Program-made: the position numbers and the translations under genes | In this document: positions 25,801 to 40,800 of the stretch, one piece after another | Numbering within the stretch: the first letter of the stretch is position 1 | How the letters are laid out: every line of letters begins with the position of its first letter | The notes under the pieces: model-generated | Database searches by the model: none | Seen by the model: the letters and a program-made list of their open reading frames with translations, nothing else | Told to the model about the DNA's origin: nothing | Assembly: GCA_965178125.1 (NCBI GenBank) | Contig: OZ237740.1 | Coordinates: 806,001 to 870,000 of the forward strand | Direction of reading: 5' to 3' | Source of the DNA: Bilabrum cf. latius | Lineage: Eukaryota | Length of the DNA: 64,000 bases

Positions 25801-28800
25801 GTGGCTGTGCCACAACTGGGAGGAGGTCCCAGAGCTGTCGATGCTTTGGAGGGTGAGTCTCACTGCGAGAGCTTGCGCGGCCTATGACCCGGCCCAAAAC
25901 ACGAGAACGCTCGAGGTTCGCACCTACTACACGTCGGAACTGCTTCCTACGTTCCTGTACAAGTACACGCATCGCGGGTCACCTGCATCAGCCATTGTGC
26001 AGTTTGGTGTGATGGGCGGCTCATCGGTGGCTTCAAGGCATGGCAATTTCGCGTCGTATGCTTCGATGTCGAAAATTACAGAACCCGGAGCTATGATCAA
26101 TGCGTTCCTGAAGTCAGCTCTTGCGGGCAGTGGTGGGGCCTAGCAGAAGTAGTACTCGGAGCAGCAGCTAGTACTGCTGCAGCAGACCGTCCCAACTCCT
26201 GCCGGCGAAGCCGATGTGGCCCGAGCCCCCAGCCTGCCCGACTTTGACCATGCTCTCTCCGAAGAAGAGTCCATGCTGCTGCTGCAGTCGCTGGCAGGCA
26301 AGTACCTTCGGATGCCGATGGTGGTCCGCTTCTTCGCAGACGACAGGCTCGGTGCGCTCTTCAACCGGGAGCTGCAGTGCGTGCTAGAGAGAGTGCTGTT
26401 CGAGCCAGGCGTATTCTATGACCATAGACCAATCGTGGAGGCAGGCGGCGTCGTCGTGCCGTCTGCACCTGCACTCGCCGACAGCGAGCAGGCCAGGCTG
26501 GGCAGCCGCCACGGCGCTCTGATGAACGAGATGCAGCATGCTCCGAGCGGCGTTGTAGGTCCGCTGCTGACTGCAGCGCACAAGGTCGCGGAACTCGCGC
26601 TGGGGAAGTACACCTCGTCCTTTGTTGGGACGCTGCTGTTCGTGACCCGACTGCTTGCTCGAGTTGAATCCTTCCTCCAGTTCGTGCTTCGTCACAAGCT
26701 CTCCTCTAACGAACCGGCTAGGCGTGAAGGCGAGCGTATGCTGGACCGGATTCGCCTCTTTATGGAAGGCCCCGCCCGCCAGAAGTTGCTGCGGTATTTG
26801 TCTTAGACCGAGGGCGACGATTCATCGGAAGCTCATGTTGCAGCGTGCAGGCTGCATGCGCACCACGCACTGCTGTTTGCCTCCATTCCGGACACTGGGC
26901 TCTCCTTTCCCAGCGCTGCGGCATTCATGCGCTCCGTTGCGTACGTTACCGCATGGTACGTGCAGTAGGACGCCGATCAAGCGCAAAAGGAGCTAAAGAA
27001 GAAGGAAGAGGATCCACCCAGTACGGAAAGGAAATCATTTGCTGCGATGAGGAAAGAGGCGGAGGAGAAGCTCAAGGAGTAGCGCAAGATGATGGCTGCC
27101 CTGCTGAGCCAAGACGGACCAGTGGCTGCCATTCCTATCGTCGATGTACTGTCTGCAATGGTATCCAATAGATCTGCCGTCATGGATCTAATGCGCTCTG
27201 CATCGCAGGAGCAACGAGACGATATGCTATAGGGTATGCTCGGGACTGCTCTGTGTGAGCCCAAGATGGTTGCCCGCGGGTGGGACAACGCATCTTCGAC
27301 CGCTTTCAAGTGCGCGATGGAGCTTGAGTCTAGGCACCCGTACTCTGCGTCGACTTCATCGTACCACATCCTCGAGTTTCCGGGGGCAAGTAGCATCACG
27401 CTCACTTTCGACGATCGGTCCGAGACGGACCCCGATCAGTCTGCAGGTGACTTTGTGGCGGTCTACAAGGATAGCACATACACTGCAACGTGGGGTAAGC
27501 CCAAGTACCACGGCGAGGCAGGCGAGAATTGGCCTGGGGCTGGCGGAAAGCCACCGCTAGTCATTCCCAGTGACAGTTGCGTGCTTCACTTCCACTCGGA
27601 CACGGACGGGGAGCGATGGGGCTACCGCGTGAAGATAGAGGCGACGATCAACGCGGAAGGGGCTACCGAGCTCTCGAAGGAGACCAGGACTGACGGCAAA
27701 CCTGGGACATGGCCGCTGCGTTGGTGCCAACAGGCGTACGCCGAAGCACTGAACAGGCCCGAAGAAGCTAGAAAATGGCTGCAGGACCACGCTGAAGAGC
27801 TAGAGGCAAAGGCGGCCACCGAGGCACCGACCGAGGAAAAGGTCAACGGTCTCTTTCGGGACGGCTCCGGGTCTGCTGAAGTCAACGTGCAGACCGGGGA
27901 AGTATTCTTGCAGGGCAGAGTTACGGCTCCTACACCTACCGTGGTGGTAAACATGCAGCAGTTCCGGGAGGTATTCGGGGAGTCGATACCGCTATGCGGA
28001 GTGGAAGCGGCCAAGGTGGCCTGTTAGTCGTACAACATCGTATCTGGCGGTCATCGATACATCGTCAAGGCGTGGAAGCCTGTCGGGGTGCAACCATCTG
28101 GCGGAATTACGCATCTGCCTGACAAATTTGACTCGCCCATGCTGTCGGACACAGAGCCTGTGCCTGCTTCCGCCCTGCCCCCGACATCCCACTGGAATGC
28201 GCCATAGCTGGTTGGAGGAATGGCAGTGTTCCGAGGCCGGGCCTACCGCTGGAGCCTGTCTGCCGACGACATTCAGTCCAAGATGAGCATCCCAGTTGAT
28301 CCGGTGCCCGAGGGATACGAAGCTGCAGCAGGTCAGGATGAGCGTGGTAAGCTGGGCCACCACTGGGCCTGGGAGATTCTCAACGAGGCCGTGAAGGAGG
28401 CCCAGGAGCAGCTTAGGTAGCAGCGCGACGCCACGGAGAAGGAAGCCGACGGTCGAAAACCAGAAGGTGAATCCGCCGAGGACCAAGTGATCGACACGAC
28501 GTTCTTCTTGCCATACAGATTTGTTGATATGCTGCAGGAAAGCATGGACAAGCGCACCGAGGGAGGCAGTGGTTCTCATGCCCATGACCCCTCCAGCTTG
28601 TCGCAAACCACGGGGGTCAACGGGCTCATGTACATGCCTCCCACAGACGAGTCAAGAGATGCTGGGACTCGACCGGGCACCTGGTTTGAGGTTCAGTGGT
28701 GCTCCACGAGGTGCGTCCTGACGGTGTACCAGCTCCTCGAGAGGGCACGCAGGTGCGTGCGCAGCCTGGTCTGGTGCTCCGATTGCCGGTTCGGCCTGAA

Positions 28801-31800
28801 GAGTCTCGAAGAGTCCACTGGTGATAGATCGAGGCCGTGGCACCGCATGATGCGTCATGCTGCTGGCAATTTCCTTGGCTCACTGCAAGAGGAGCGCGCC
28901 AAGCAGGAGACCGCCGGCCCTCGCATGTTCGGCCAGGCCAAACGTCTGCGCAAGCTTGAGGCGCTGAAGGCCGAGCGCGAGTCGAAGCGACCTGCCTCCT
29001 TGGAGATCGTGAGGGAGCCCGTGGGCACGCTTGGAGGTCTGGGCGTGCACCCCTCGGTACCAGAGACGTATTTGAGCGCTGAAATGCTGCATGGCTTGAT
29101 GCCAGAGGCTCTTCTCGAGGGTTATGCCTTCTGGAGGCATTCCTTCGGCGATGCAGCTCCTACCGTGCTCATTGGCTACCCTTAGCAGCCTGAGCTGATT
29201 GGTACGTATATCCGTGCCGAGATCTCCCGAAAGGATGGGATAGCTCACATACTGCGACTGTCTGAGGCGGGTGCCCTGGCCTACGCGCAAGCCAGGCAGC
29301 CTGCTAAGGAAGACCAGGAAATGGTGCTGAATATAACTGCGGCTCCTCCTGGCTCGGCGCTGTGGCGGATTGCCCAGCTGCTCGCCAGGGCAGAGCAGCT
29401 GTCTCACGTTCTCGTTTGGACGAAGGCTATTGGGCATGCCGGCGAAGAGGTGCCCATCTCCTCCATTGAGCTGCCCCGGCTGCGGACTTCCTTCCAAGCC
29501 AAGTAGGTATTCGACTCCGCGTCAGACACCTTCGTTACTAGGCTTTACTCCAAGGATTTCAATGGTCTGTACATCACCGACGATCGGCCTGGGTCGCTGC
29601 GAAGGCACCTTCGCTCGCTTCCGCAGGCCATCGTGCTGTCAAGTGACATTGGAGAGATTTCGCTCCTTGCGCCGAGTCTGACTGCTTGCTGTCCTGGCGT
29701 AAAGAGTGCCCCCTTTTCGACTGAGGTCGTTCTGACGCGCGATGAAGCTTGGAAGGAATGCCTTTAGTCCCGATTCTTCGTGTATCCCCTGCATGCTAGT
29801 GGTACGTTCCTCATGACGCCGGACACTTCATCAGCTCTGTACTTGGCCGCGATGTGTCTTCTTCGGCGGGACTATGAAAGGTGCTGTGCCATCGCTCCTG
29901 CGTGCAGAACTGATCTGCCTCTGAACGTACAAGAGGCTTGGGCGCTGCAGCAGCTCTGGAAGTCTGAGGAGGACAAGCACCCTGATGCCCACGCGTGTCG
30001 CATTCGATTCGCTGCGATCGAAAAGGAAGCTGAAGGCGAAGAGGCCGCACTTGGGGCTGGACGGCAGTCTCAGGAAGCGATAGCAGCCGGAATCGGCAGC
30101 TGGATCGTAGATGACGAGGTACTGGGGAAAGATTTTGCTGGATATGGCAAGAAAGAACAGAGCATCAGCGCATTTGCACGGCTGTCCCCGCAGGAGCAGC
30201 TCGACGTGCACCGCCTCTTTGAAGTGAAAGGTGATCGGACCAAGTACTTGGCCGTGCTTTCCAAGGTCGTTGCTAGGCAGGAACGGATCGACGAGGAGGC
30301 TGAGTTGAAACGCGAGCACGAGCAGCAAGAAATATCACTGGGACCGGTGGGAGCGAGCGCCGATGAGATGGGTCCACCTTTGGTGCGGCGCCAGTCTTCC
30401 CTTCGGCTCGAGCGAAGCGAACAGCAGTCAATCGCGCTGCATGCCGTCCATGAGTCGGCACACCCTTTCACCTTTGGTGCCGAGGCGGCTGCGAAGTCTT
30501 CTAATGGAGAAGCAGCAGAAGGCGGTGCCGGTCACGGCAACCTTCGGGGCACCAGGGCTGCGGCGGGCGGCGCAGCTGATGCTGGAGCTGATGCTGGAGC
30601 TGATGCTGGAGCTGCCAAACAGCAAATTAGCTCAGTGCAGAAGGTCGGCTTCTCTTCAGCTGATTAGCTCACGCTCACTTTTGATAAGCAGTGCAACCTT
30701 CCGCGAGGCGTTAAGCTGTCTGTCTACCTCGATGCAGACTGCAAGAGAATTGCCTAGCACATGAGTGCTCGAGTGAATCTCCAAAGGGAGGCTAACAATC
30801 CCAAGGAGGCAAATCTGTGGCCAGGTGTACGATGTGCCCCCCTGGTGGTTGACCAGGGACAAGTGTACATCCAAGTGGAGGGGCCGAGAGAACTTGGCGA
30901 AGTGACAGCTTGGGGGTGGAGCGTGAAACTAGACGCGCAGGGCTATGCCGAGTCTACTTCTGGCAGGACCATGAGTAGTCATGAGCATGATGCTCAGCCC
31001 GTAGGGGGTAGGCAGCCGAGCCTTGGAGGGCGAGCTGATAAAGAACTCCTAGATGCATTGGCGATCGAGAGCGGGCACAAATCTGCTGGTGAAGTTGACC
31101 GAGAGGAGGCCATAGAGCACATGAAAGCACCTCCCCCAAAGCAAGGAACAGACATCGGCAGCTACTTCAATACGTTTGTCAAAGACACTACTCAGCTCCT
31201 GCGCACAGCACAGAAGAGCGGAAGCCTCCCGTTCCAACGCTTTTCGGTCCAATACAAGCGGCCAACGCACAGCAAGCTGCAAGAGTACGGCTGGGTAGAG
31301 CTGCTCAGCGAGTTCGAAGAGGATGACAAGTTCCTGTCTGGGCGATAGAAACAACTGGGTTTCTGCTTTTTGTACGAGCTTGGGAGAGGTAACCTCAAGT
31401 TCGATATCTTGAAGGAATCCGTGCCAAGGCCTAAGGAGAGAGATACATCCAGCTCCGGCGGTGCGGCTGCTGGCAGCAGCGGTGCAGACACGAGCAAGGA
31501 CGAGGAAATCGCACGGAGGCTGGCTCAAGGCCTTCCCATTGATGCCTTGATGGGTGGTGGAGAGGAGGAAGATGATTGGTCGGGTGGCGACACGCTGGAG
31601 GTGTTCGAGGAGGATTACGGGAGATTCGCGCAGCCAGCACTGCTTCACATGCTCACATACGTGTACTTGTGGCACGCAGCGGACTGGGACTCGAAGAAGG
31701 CAGTGGATTCGAGGTCTGGTTTGGGTCTGTCGTTTGCATGCCTGCAAATGCTGGCGTATGCCGGTTCCGTCGATCGTATGAGAGGGACGAACGGCAAACC

Positions 31801-34800
31801 AGGAAGCCTTGTGTCCATGTTCCCCCTTCTTCCGGTCGAAGGGCATGTACGGGACTTCCAGAGCGGCATAAACTTTGCGGGTGGCATCGGTCTCGAGTTC
31901 ACTTCCAAGCTCGCGGTCGCTTGCGAAGCAACTGCCGCTTCCCTTGGATTCGCTCTCACGCGTGTCTACCGTCCACTTCGCTCTGCTTTGAGGCAGAACT
32001 ACTCGGGGCCGATCGATGTCGTTGTCAGGGCAAGCGACGCACCCCCAAGCCGGCCCGCTGTACTGGAGTTCGGCTGCAACCACCGTTAGCTGCAGGCAAT
32101 CGAATCTCACGACATGGTAGCTCTGTTGCGAGACGCAAGTGACGATGAGCTGGAGGACACACTCGAGGCTGCACACAATGATGCTCAAGGTGGGCGGTTT
32201 GGTCTCGGCTTGAGTAGAGCTGAGTTGCTCACGTTCAGCTCTTCGCCATTGCAGGGGTTCGGCTTCGGCATCGGTGGATCCGATGATGTCGCAGGCGCTG
32301 GTCCAGACCTCGTGCAGCGTCCTACAAAGGGCAATACAGAACACCCTGACGGACCGTTCAGTCCGAACCTGCCCTTTGACATTGATCGCAAATTCGGAGA
32401 TGCTAGCACATTTGAAGGCAAGGAAATTTTGTTTCGCATTGAGGCAGACATCAAGGGCAGCGCACAGTATGCAGAGGCAAAGCAGGAGTGGCGCCTCGCC
32501 TGCCTTGATGATTCGTAGATGCACACGATCGAGGAGGCGCTACTTGAGCCTGCGTTGGCTGTTGACCTGGAGGCGGCTCGAGCTTCGATGACACGCTCAC
32601 AGACATCTAGCACCAGGGCTGCTAAGCTGGACGGTACTGGCTTTGACGGAGCGGCGGTGTGCAGTGCCATCAAGCAGGCAGCAGACTCCATCAAAGGAAT
32701 TTGCGTCCGACTGGCTCGCATTGCCAGGGAAGATAAGGCGCGCGTCTCGACTGGTATCTCAAAGCTCTTGTCAGGCGCTAATTAGTTGAGCACGGGGCTT
32801 GCACCTGTGGTACCTGACGCTGGTGATTCTCACTCAAAGCATTCTCTGCAACACTCTTTGCGACGCAGCTCTGGCTCGGCATTGTATCTGTGGTTCGAAT
32901 TTTTCGCTGCGTCCACGATGTCGAAGCACGCCACAAGGGGCATCAGGCACCTTAACCCATTCTTGTCTGAGGAGGACTGCGAGGTGGCGCTGCAGATTAC
33001 CTCTGCCCTAATGCTTCGTGTCAACAGAATAGTTCATGTAGCTCGCTCCCTGGAAGCGGCAAAGAAGCTTCTGCAACAGCTGGAAGGGCTTGTTGTTCGT
33101 CGGTTGACTGCCGCTCTAGAGGCACAAGCGGTGGAGGGGTCGCTAGCTCCTACCAAGCAGCTCGTGTCTGATGCGCTGAAGTACGCCGAATTTGATCCCG
33201 GCGTGGCTGCACGGCTCGTTCAAGCATCGTTGGAGGCTGCAGATCGCCTTGCTATCTGGGTGAAATCCATGGCGCAGCAGCAGCTAGAAGAGGCCGACTC
33301 AGATGCGTCATTCAAGCGGGCAGACGTTGAGGAGCGCTCACTTGTTCGACCCTGCGATGGGGATAGCGAAGCGTCTATCCTGGCTATGACTGCCTTGAAC
33401 CTTGCCGGGCTCTTTGAGCACGGTCAAATCTTTGATGCTGATCACGTGAAGAATATAGAAGAGTAGGCACGCGGCCTCGTCGATGGCTCTGTGCACGTTC
33501 CGGATGGGCTGACAAAGGCTGGTTTGCGGGGAGTCGCCGCCATACGAAAAGTGGTAGATCTTTCTGACCGTGGCTGTTGTGTTGGTGGACATAGGCTGCG
33601 TGGAGTGGCTGCTCCTGTCGGCTCAGCTTCATCTTCAGACATCCGCTCTAGGTTACAGTCCAGGCTCAGGTCATTGCCAGCTGAAATCTATCTTCTCAGG
33701 CACAAAGCGACTCAGGTGGCGCAGCTCATGGCCGTTAAGCGGCATTACATGGACGGATTTTCGTGGGACCCTGCGGCAGCGCAGGCTTCGACAGCCGATT
33801 CAATTGGCTTTGATCCTCGCTTCCTTGGGTTTGAGTTCCTGAGCACGTTCGTGCTGCGTAAGAGGCAGGTCCAGCTCGTCCGGAACTTCTTGAAGTCGGG
33901 AGCCAGTTCTGGAGGCAGCCGCATCGAGTAGCAGATTATGGGAGGAGGAAAATCAAGCGTGATTGCGCCGTTGCTCGCTCTTTGCCTGTCGGATGGTGAA
34001 AGCCTCACCATGTCGGTGATGCCAGCTCCTCTGCTGCAATAGTCCCGAGAGACTTTACGACAGATCTTCTCGGCGCTGGTTGTCAAGCGAATCATTACAT
34101 TGCGATTCGACCGTGCTGCCGCTTAGTTCCTGCAGCCCAGCAGCAAGGACGCCCAGGGCTCTGACCTTGGCATTGCTCCACAAGCGCCCGCGAGGCTGGA
34201 TGCCCTCGTCAGGAGGCTAGATAGGGCAAGGAGGGAGGGAGCAATCGTGTGCTCAACTCCTGAAGCAATCAAGTCCCTCATGCTCAAGTACGTTGAGCTG
34301 CTCTCAGATGTGGAGCAAGCCCCACCCGAGGCGCTCGTCGATTCGAAACGAATCCGAGACATGCGACAGCGCAAGGCTGCCGTTCAGGCTGCCAAGGAGC
34401 TAAGGATTAAGGAGGAGTGCGCCGACGCACTTCGTGATTTGATGCGTATGTGGGGACCTGAGGGACGCGGCGTGATTTTGCTGGACGAAGTCGACCTTCT
34501 GATTCACAGCCTCAAATCAGAGACGAACTTTCCCATCGGATCCAAAGAGCCCGTAGACCTTGGAGTCCCAGAAGATAGCCCAGACGATGATCTAGAGCTT
34601 GCTCTCATGGAGAGTGCTGACCTTTCGAACGCCGCAAGCAAGGATTCCGGGGCTGGTGAGATGTGGGGGGACGCGTCTGCAATACCAAGCGCGCAGCTAC
34701 CACCGGCAGAGGCTCAGCAAGCTGCCGAGGACGCATTTGGCTCCCCGGTAGATTTGGAAGCGGCTGAGTCTGCATTTGGTGCTCCTGTTGATGTCGGTGG

Positions 34801-37800
34801 TGACATGGCTGCAGCTGAAGACGCATTCGGGTCCCCGGTAGATGCAGGCGAAGGGGTCAGCAGCAGCGCGGCGGCTGATGCATTCGGTACCCCCGTTGTC
34901 GATTCTGCGGGAAGCTCAGCAGGCGCTACTTCTGAGAGTGCGACCGCTGCAGACGCAGGCAAGCAGACAGAGGCACAGCCAAGCTCCAGCACTGCTGTGC
35001 AGCAGCCAGTGGATCAGCCGCAGCAGGATTCCACGTTCGCTCGCAGGCCCTCGAGATGGGACCTTCCTTTCCACCTCCTGGAGGCGATACTAGCCCACTC
35101 GCGAGGAAGGGTTGGTCTACCAGGCTTTCACTCGACCAAAGAGAGCAGCACTATTCTGAAGGAAATCGGTGAGGTCATCTCTGAAGGTGTCCGTAGCCTA
35201 GCCCTCTAGACGAGTCCGCACCTTGTGCTGTTGCGTTCGGAGTTCTACCATGGCAGCATGCGGTCTCTGCTGGCCAAGTGGCTGCGGGTCTGGTTGAGGC
35301 AGGACCCCTTCCTCCGCAGGGTCCTTGCTCCACTCGTGGACCCGGCCACAGGGCAGGTGGTCCAGCAGGACGACTTGTAGAAGATGGATCGCGTCAAGCA
35401 GTCGGCGCTCCGATTCACGCCAGACATAGAACAAGCTCTCCTGGCTTTTATTGAAGGCGCCTCTATGGGTGAGCGACCTGAGGGGGCTGCGAAGGGCGCT
35501 GCAGCCGCAGAGGACGCGATCGAGAACGCGCACCCGTCTGTTGTGGTCCTGCGGGATCGGTGCCGAGGCGTACCATCTGCCTTCAAGGTGCTACACTTGG
35601 CAAGGCAGTGGATTATCACGTACCTTCCTCATGTCCTCGGCAAGATTGACCGCGTAAGTTTCGGCCTGCTGCAACCAGAGGATCTCGCGAAGACAGCAGG
35701 AGGTGGTGCCTCGATGCCAATTGCCCGCAAGTATCTTGCAGTCCCCTTTGTGGGGAAAGACCAGCCGTCCAGGGCATCTGAGTTTGCCCAGGTGGACACT
35801 CAGATTGGTCTTGCCGTGCTGGCTTACAGGTACGAGGGTGTAAGACGGAGCGACCTCGACCGTATCCTGCGAAGGCTCAAGGCGGACTTCAAGTCCGAGA
35901 ACGGTCCTGCAGAGAGCCGCCCTTCCAGAATCCTCTTCCAGAGCTGGATCGAGGCATCCACTGTGGAGTACGAACGCGCCTAGAAGCGAGACGAGGCTCT
36001 CGCTGAAGGCGGTGAATCCAAGCCTGCCTCCCACCACGACATCGCCCCTGGCAGGGAGGTCCTACCTCTGGAACTGATCCAGCCCAGGGAGAAACCACAC
36101 ATGGACAAGTGTTTCGAGGCGCTGCGTGACTCTCCCGAGATGATCGTGCACTACCTCCGCAAGTTTGTGTTCCCCGAGGTGATGCGGCACCGGAGGGTGA
36201 AACTATCCGCCTCTGGCATCGACATTGCTGGGCAGCAGATGCTGTTCGACCGGCGACTTGGTTTCAGTGGTACGCCGTCATCGACCTCGCTTCTGCCGAC
36301 GGGCATGCGCTGCGAATTTGAAAAAGGCTCCGAAGCCCTGGTTATTCGAACGCTGACCAACCCCAAGATGGTGTCGACTCGGTTGCTTGCCAAGCAATGG
36401 ACGGTGGATAGCGTGCTACAGCACATCGCCAAGAGCCAGTCTCCGCGGTACAGCGCGCTCATTGATGCCGGTGCGTTGGTCACGGGGCTTAGCAACTTCT
36501 AGGTGGCTGAGAAACTGCTCGAGTACGGCCTTGATGGCGCGAAGGGGGTAGTGTACCTGGATGACAACGACGACAAGATGATCCTGCTTCGCGGGTCTGG
36601 GCGTGTGGTGCCACTGGCCAACAGCGGCGTCCCCCCTGAGGCAAGGTTTGCATTTTACGATCAGATCCATTGCACTGGAGTCGACTTGAAGTTGCCGTTG
36701 GACGCGATTGCTTCCGTTACCGTTGGCAAGTCCATGACGCTTCGAGACTATTCTCAAGCCTGCTGGCGCTGCAGAGGCTTGGAAACTGGTCAGACTCTGG
36801 TGGTGATGATGATCCCAGAGGTCGTGGAGCTCGTTCGACGGTCGGCCAAGATGGAAGCAATCTCCATGGGTGGCGATGGATCCGAGAGCTTGCTTGACGA
36901 CGCGGGAGTGGGAGATGGGTCTCTAGTTGGCCCTGCCAGACTCGCAGGTGACCTAGTATCGTGGCTTGCTCTCAACGGTATCCGTTCCGAGCAGCTGTAG
37001 CACCTGCAAGTTTGCCAGCAAAATCTTGCGTTTGTGTGGAGGAAGGAAGCCATTGACCGTTTGCGCGGCACGAGCGCCCCAGATCTCAAGAAATCTGGCG
37101 GTCAAGCACCTTCACTAGTTACGCGATTCTGCAAGGATTCAAGCGTAGCTGCGGGTTCTCTTCCTGTTGACTTTTTGCGGAGTGTTTCCCAGGCGGCTCG
37201 CTCCACCTCCGGCAGTGGTACGCCAAATCCGGCCGCTGGTCGGTAGGCTGGCGGCATCAACGTTGCTAAGTTGGACTTTGAGCAAGTGCAAGCGCTTGCT
37301 GAGACTGGTCAGATCTCACACGAACAGATGATTGATGCGATTTAGCAGATCAGCAAGAGGCAGTACGAAGAACGGCAGGCTACTGAGAAGGCTGCGGCCG
37401 AAGCAGCTGCGTCGCCCTCGCCCACCGATGGCAGAGCAGGCGCAAGCGAGTCAAAAGCGCAAGATGGAGATATTGAAGCTGTGGCTGCTCCAGCAGACGC
37501 CGTGCCTGCCTCATCCAGCGATGATTCTCAGATCAAGTCGATGCGAGACTCCATCGAGGTGTTCCGTGAGCCACTGGTCTTTGATCTGCCTGATCGCATG
37601 GAGCCTCCGATGCAGTACCACGAGGTGCTGCAGCGAATGTTGGACGGCAAGCGCCACCTACTGCAGGGGCCACGGCGAGTTGAGTTGGAGACAATCGGAA
37701 GTGACATCGTAGAGGAGTGTAAGACAGCAGAGCAGGATGCCATGCGAGCGAGGTTGCCACCGCCGAAAGAAGCCGCGGCAGATGGAAGTGGCGAGGGTGG

Positions 37801-40800
37801 TGGCAGTGGCCTGAGTGCAGCTGAAGAGCTTGCATTCGACGCCGAGGTGGTCCAGGAGCAGGAGCAGGAGCAGGAAATCTTGCAGGAGCAGTACACGGTG
37901 CCAGTTCGGTCGGCGGGTCCAGCCGGCGGGCAGTCTTACCAATGGTCTATCGAAGCATTACGGTCTCCCGACAGCCTCAAGAGGCACGCGTTGTATCCTC
38001 TCCGAGAGTACAAACCCACCAAGTAGGCGCCGCAGATTCTATTCCCAGCGGATGTACTCATGTCTGACAACCTTGCCAACCGTGTCCCCCCCACAGGTCC
38101 GGACCCATACAGACTGGCGAATGCTCTCGTCCTGGCTGAATGGACGCCTGCTGCCAGCTAGATGTACGGCGGTGCCCCGGCGGTGCCACGTGCCGTCTTG
38201 CTGACGCTGGCCGAAGCATCGGCTTTGCGCAAGGCACTACACACGCAGCACCCTGCCCTCTTCAGCGCAGCGCAGGAAGGCAACGTTGCAGCCTCGCAGA
38301 ACCGGGCCAGGGTGGTTCTACGGCTGCTCGACGGGGCATACCTGGACCCGGGCGTTCGAACGGCTAGTGGAGTTGCCGGCACTTCAGAGGCGAGTGCAGT
38401 GGATGCGAGGGGCAACAGTCTCGCTGTTGCACGTCTGCCCCAGGCACAAGTTGGTGCCATCATTCCGTCCCTTGCTCTGGCACGCCAGGCAGCTCGCTTC
38501 TTCAACTGTGAATTCATGTACAACGACCGCGAGCTCGTGGCACTGGTCCGCGCCCTTCGGGATTCCCCGCTTCAAGACCGCCGCCGCTTTATCCGTGCCA
38601 TGCTTGATGGTGCGAGGAGGAGAGACCGGGACTCGTGGGAGGACACGCCTCTGGCTGAGGCGATGGCCCATGCCGACGAAGTCAAGTTGCTCAACCTGCA
38701 GGCCACCGCAAGGAAAATAGCGTCTGAGGTTGCGACCAAGGTGGGGTCGGTGGAGAAAGCGTTTCATGACATGGACAGCGACGGTGATGGCTATGTCACC
38801 GAAGATGAGATGCTCGCAGGCTTGCGACGACTCGGAGTGCAAGTCGTGGCTGATGATGTGCGAGCCATACTGCGAGCTTCGGACACGAACGGTGACGGGT
38901 ATCTTGACTTGCGAGAGTTCGCAAAGCGGTTTGCTCCTCGCGATCCTTCCAAGCACCAGATCGGGGACGATGTCGACCTGGAGCGAGGCGGAAACGAGGA
39001 CCAGATCGGTGCCAAGATTAAATCGACGCTAATGCAGCAGCTGGATGAGCAAGAAGAGCAGCGACGCGTCGCAACGGAGCGATACATGAAGGAGCACTCT
39101 GGCGATGGAGACAAGCACGGGCTAGGTGCGGTCATCTCAAGGGCGATCCAAGGAGACGAGTTACAGCAGCAGGCTGCAGTGACAGCCGGTGCCGCCTCAA
39201 GTGCTGCCGGGCTTGGTCTGCTGAGCGATCATTTCTCTGCATCTGATGTTGTGCGGCTCGGTCAGTTCGTTGTCACTTCCGGAGGCGCAGCGCTGCTAGA
39301 GGGTGGCAATTTTTCGCGAGTTACGTCCGGGCGGCTTGTATCTCTCCGTCCATTCGGAGCCTCGCTGCCACTAGGCGCCGAGGCGTCGCGAAGCAGCGGT
39401 TTTGGCCAGCTCCCGTTGACTTTTTACTTCGAAGCCACCCTTTTGATCTGCTCTGATGATGATGATGGCAGTTGTGTCGGCGTTTGTAGCTCCAAATTCC
39501 GCGGCTCCAACAAGAAAGGGGTTGGTGTCGGCTCGGACGAGCTGTCGTGGGGCATCGGGCTGGATGGCAGCATTCGACATGCCGGCAGAGCGCGGGCGTC
39601 CACTCACGAAGGTAGGTTGGCGGTCGGAGATGTTATTGGCGTCCGAGTGGATGCCTGTGGTTTCGACACGGAAGGCGTGGCAATCGCTATCTACGTCAAC
39701 GGTGATCTTGTGAAGATTAAGGACGATTCGTCGACCGCGGCTGATCTCACTCTTGGCGGCATCATGAAGGGTTCAGAGTAGGAGTCTCTATCTCCTGCGT
39801 TTACCATGCAGGCTGGCTGCTAGATGTTCCTGAACAATGGGTACGAGCCGTTCCGTCGCTTCCCCCCTTCTGGAGCGCTGTCCTTCAAGCGATTCATACA
39901 GCGATCCCAGGAAATGAAGGTGCTCAGGGATGCTGGGCGCGCTGCATGCAAGATGCTGCCAACGAGCGGAAATGGTCAGATTGCAATCAATGGTCTTGAC
40001 GTGAAGTGGATTGCCGCGTTCCCGTCCGCCGTTCTTGCAGGGTGCCTCCTCACCAGCGGGAAGTGGTACTTTGAGATGCAGTGCAAGAAAGTGGGCAATG
40101 CCTCGCAGCTTGGTTGGGCCGACATGGCTTTCTGCGGATCAAGTAGGGGAGGCGAAGGGGTGGGTGATGATAAGAATTCGTGGGCGTACGATGGGGATCG
40201 CGCGAACATGGGGCAGGGCAGGTGGCACAAGCTCAAGCCAACCCCCTTTGGAAGGAATTGGGCCGCTGGTGATTACGTCGGCTTTGCACTTGACATGGAC
40301 CGGCGCATCATGTCGTTCGGACTCAACGGCAGGTACGATGTGCCTATGGGTGTTGGCTTCAAAGATTTCTTGGTCGACACAGGCTTGACCCCCGCTGTGA
40401 CACCGGCGCATTCATCTTGGACCATGAATTTCGGGGAAACCTCGTTCGGCAGCAGACCTCCAGAGGGGTACAGGTCAGTGCAGTCCTGGTTTGCTGAGCG
40501 TGACCCCAGCCGGTTCAGTGCTATCGACTACCCGCCAACTGCTAGTGCACATGCTGGAGGCGGGGCTGTCGGTCACATCGCCGCAGGTGCCGGCTCCCAA
40601 GCTGCAGGTGGGGCGGCAGCTGGTGGAGCTGCTGACCCTCTATCGGCTACGCCCCTTGTGCGCGGCGTGTCAACCCTGGACACGCCCGTAGACCCGAGCG
40701 ATGCAGTGGCTCCAGTCAGGGCCCTCGTGAATGGGTTCGAGGTGGCCTCACTGGAATCTAGCACGAACACGTTTAAGGCGCTAAGGCACAGCCCAACCGT

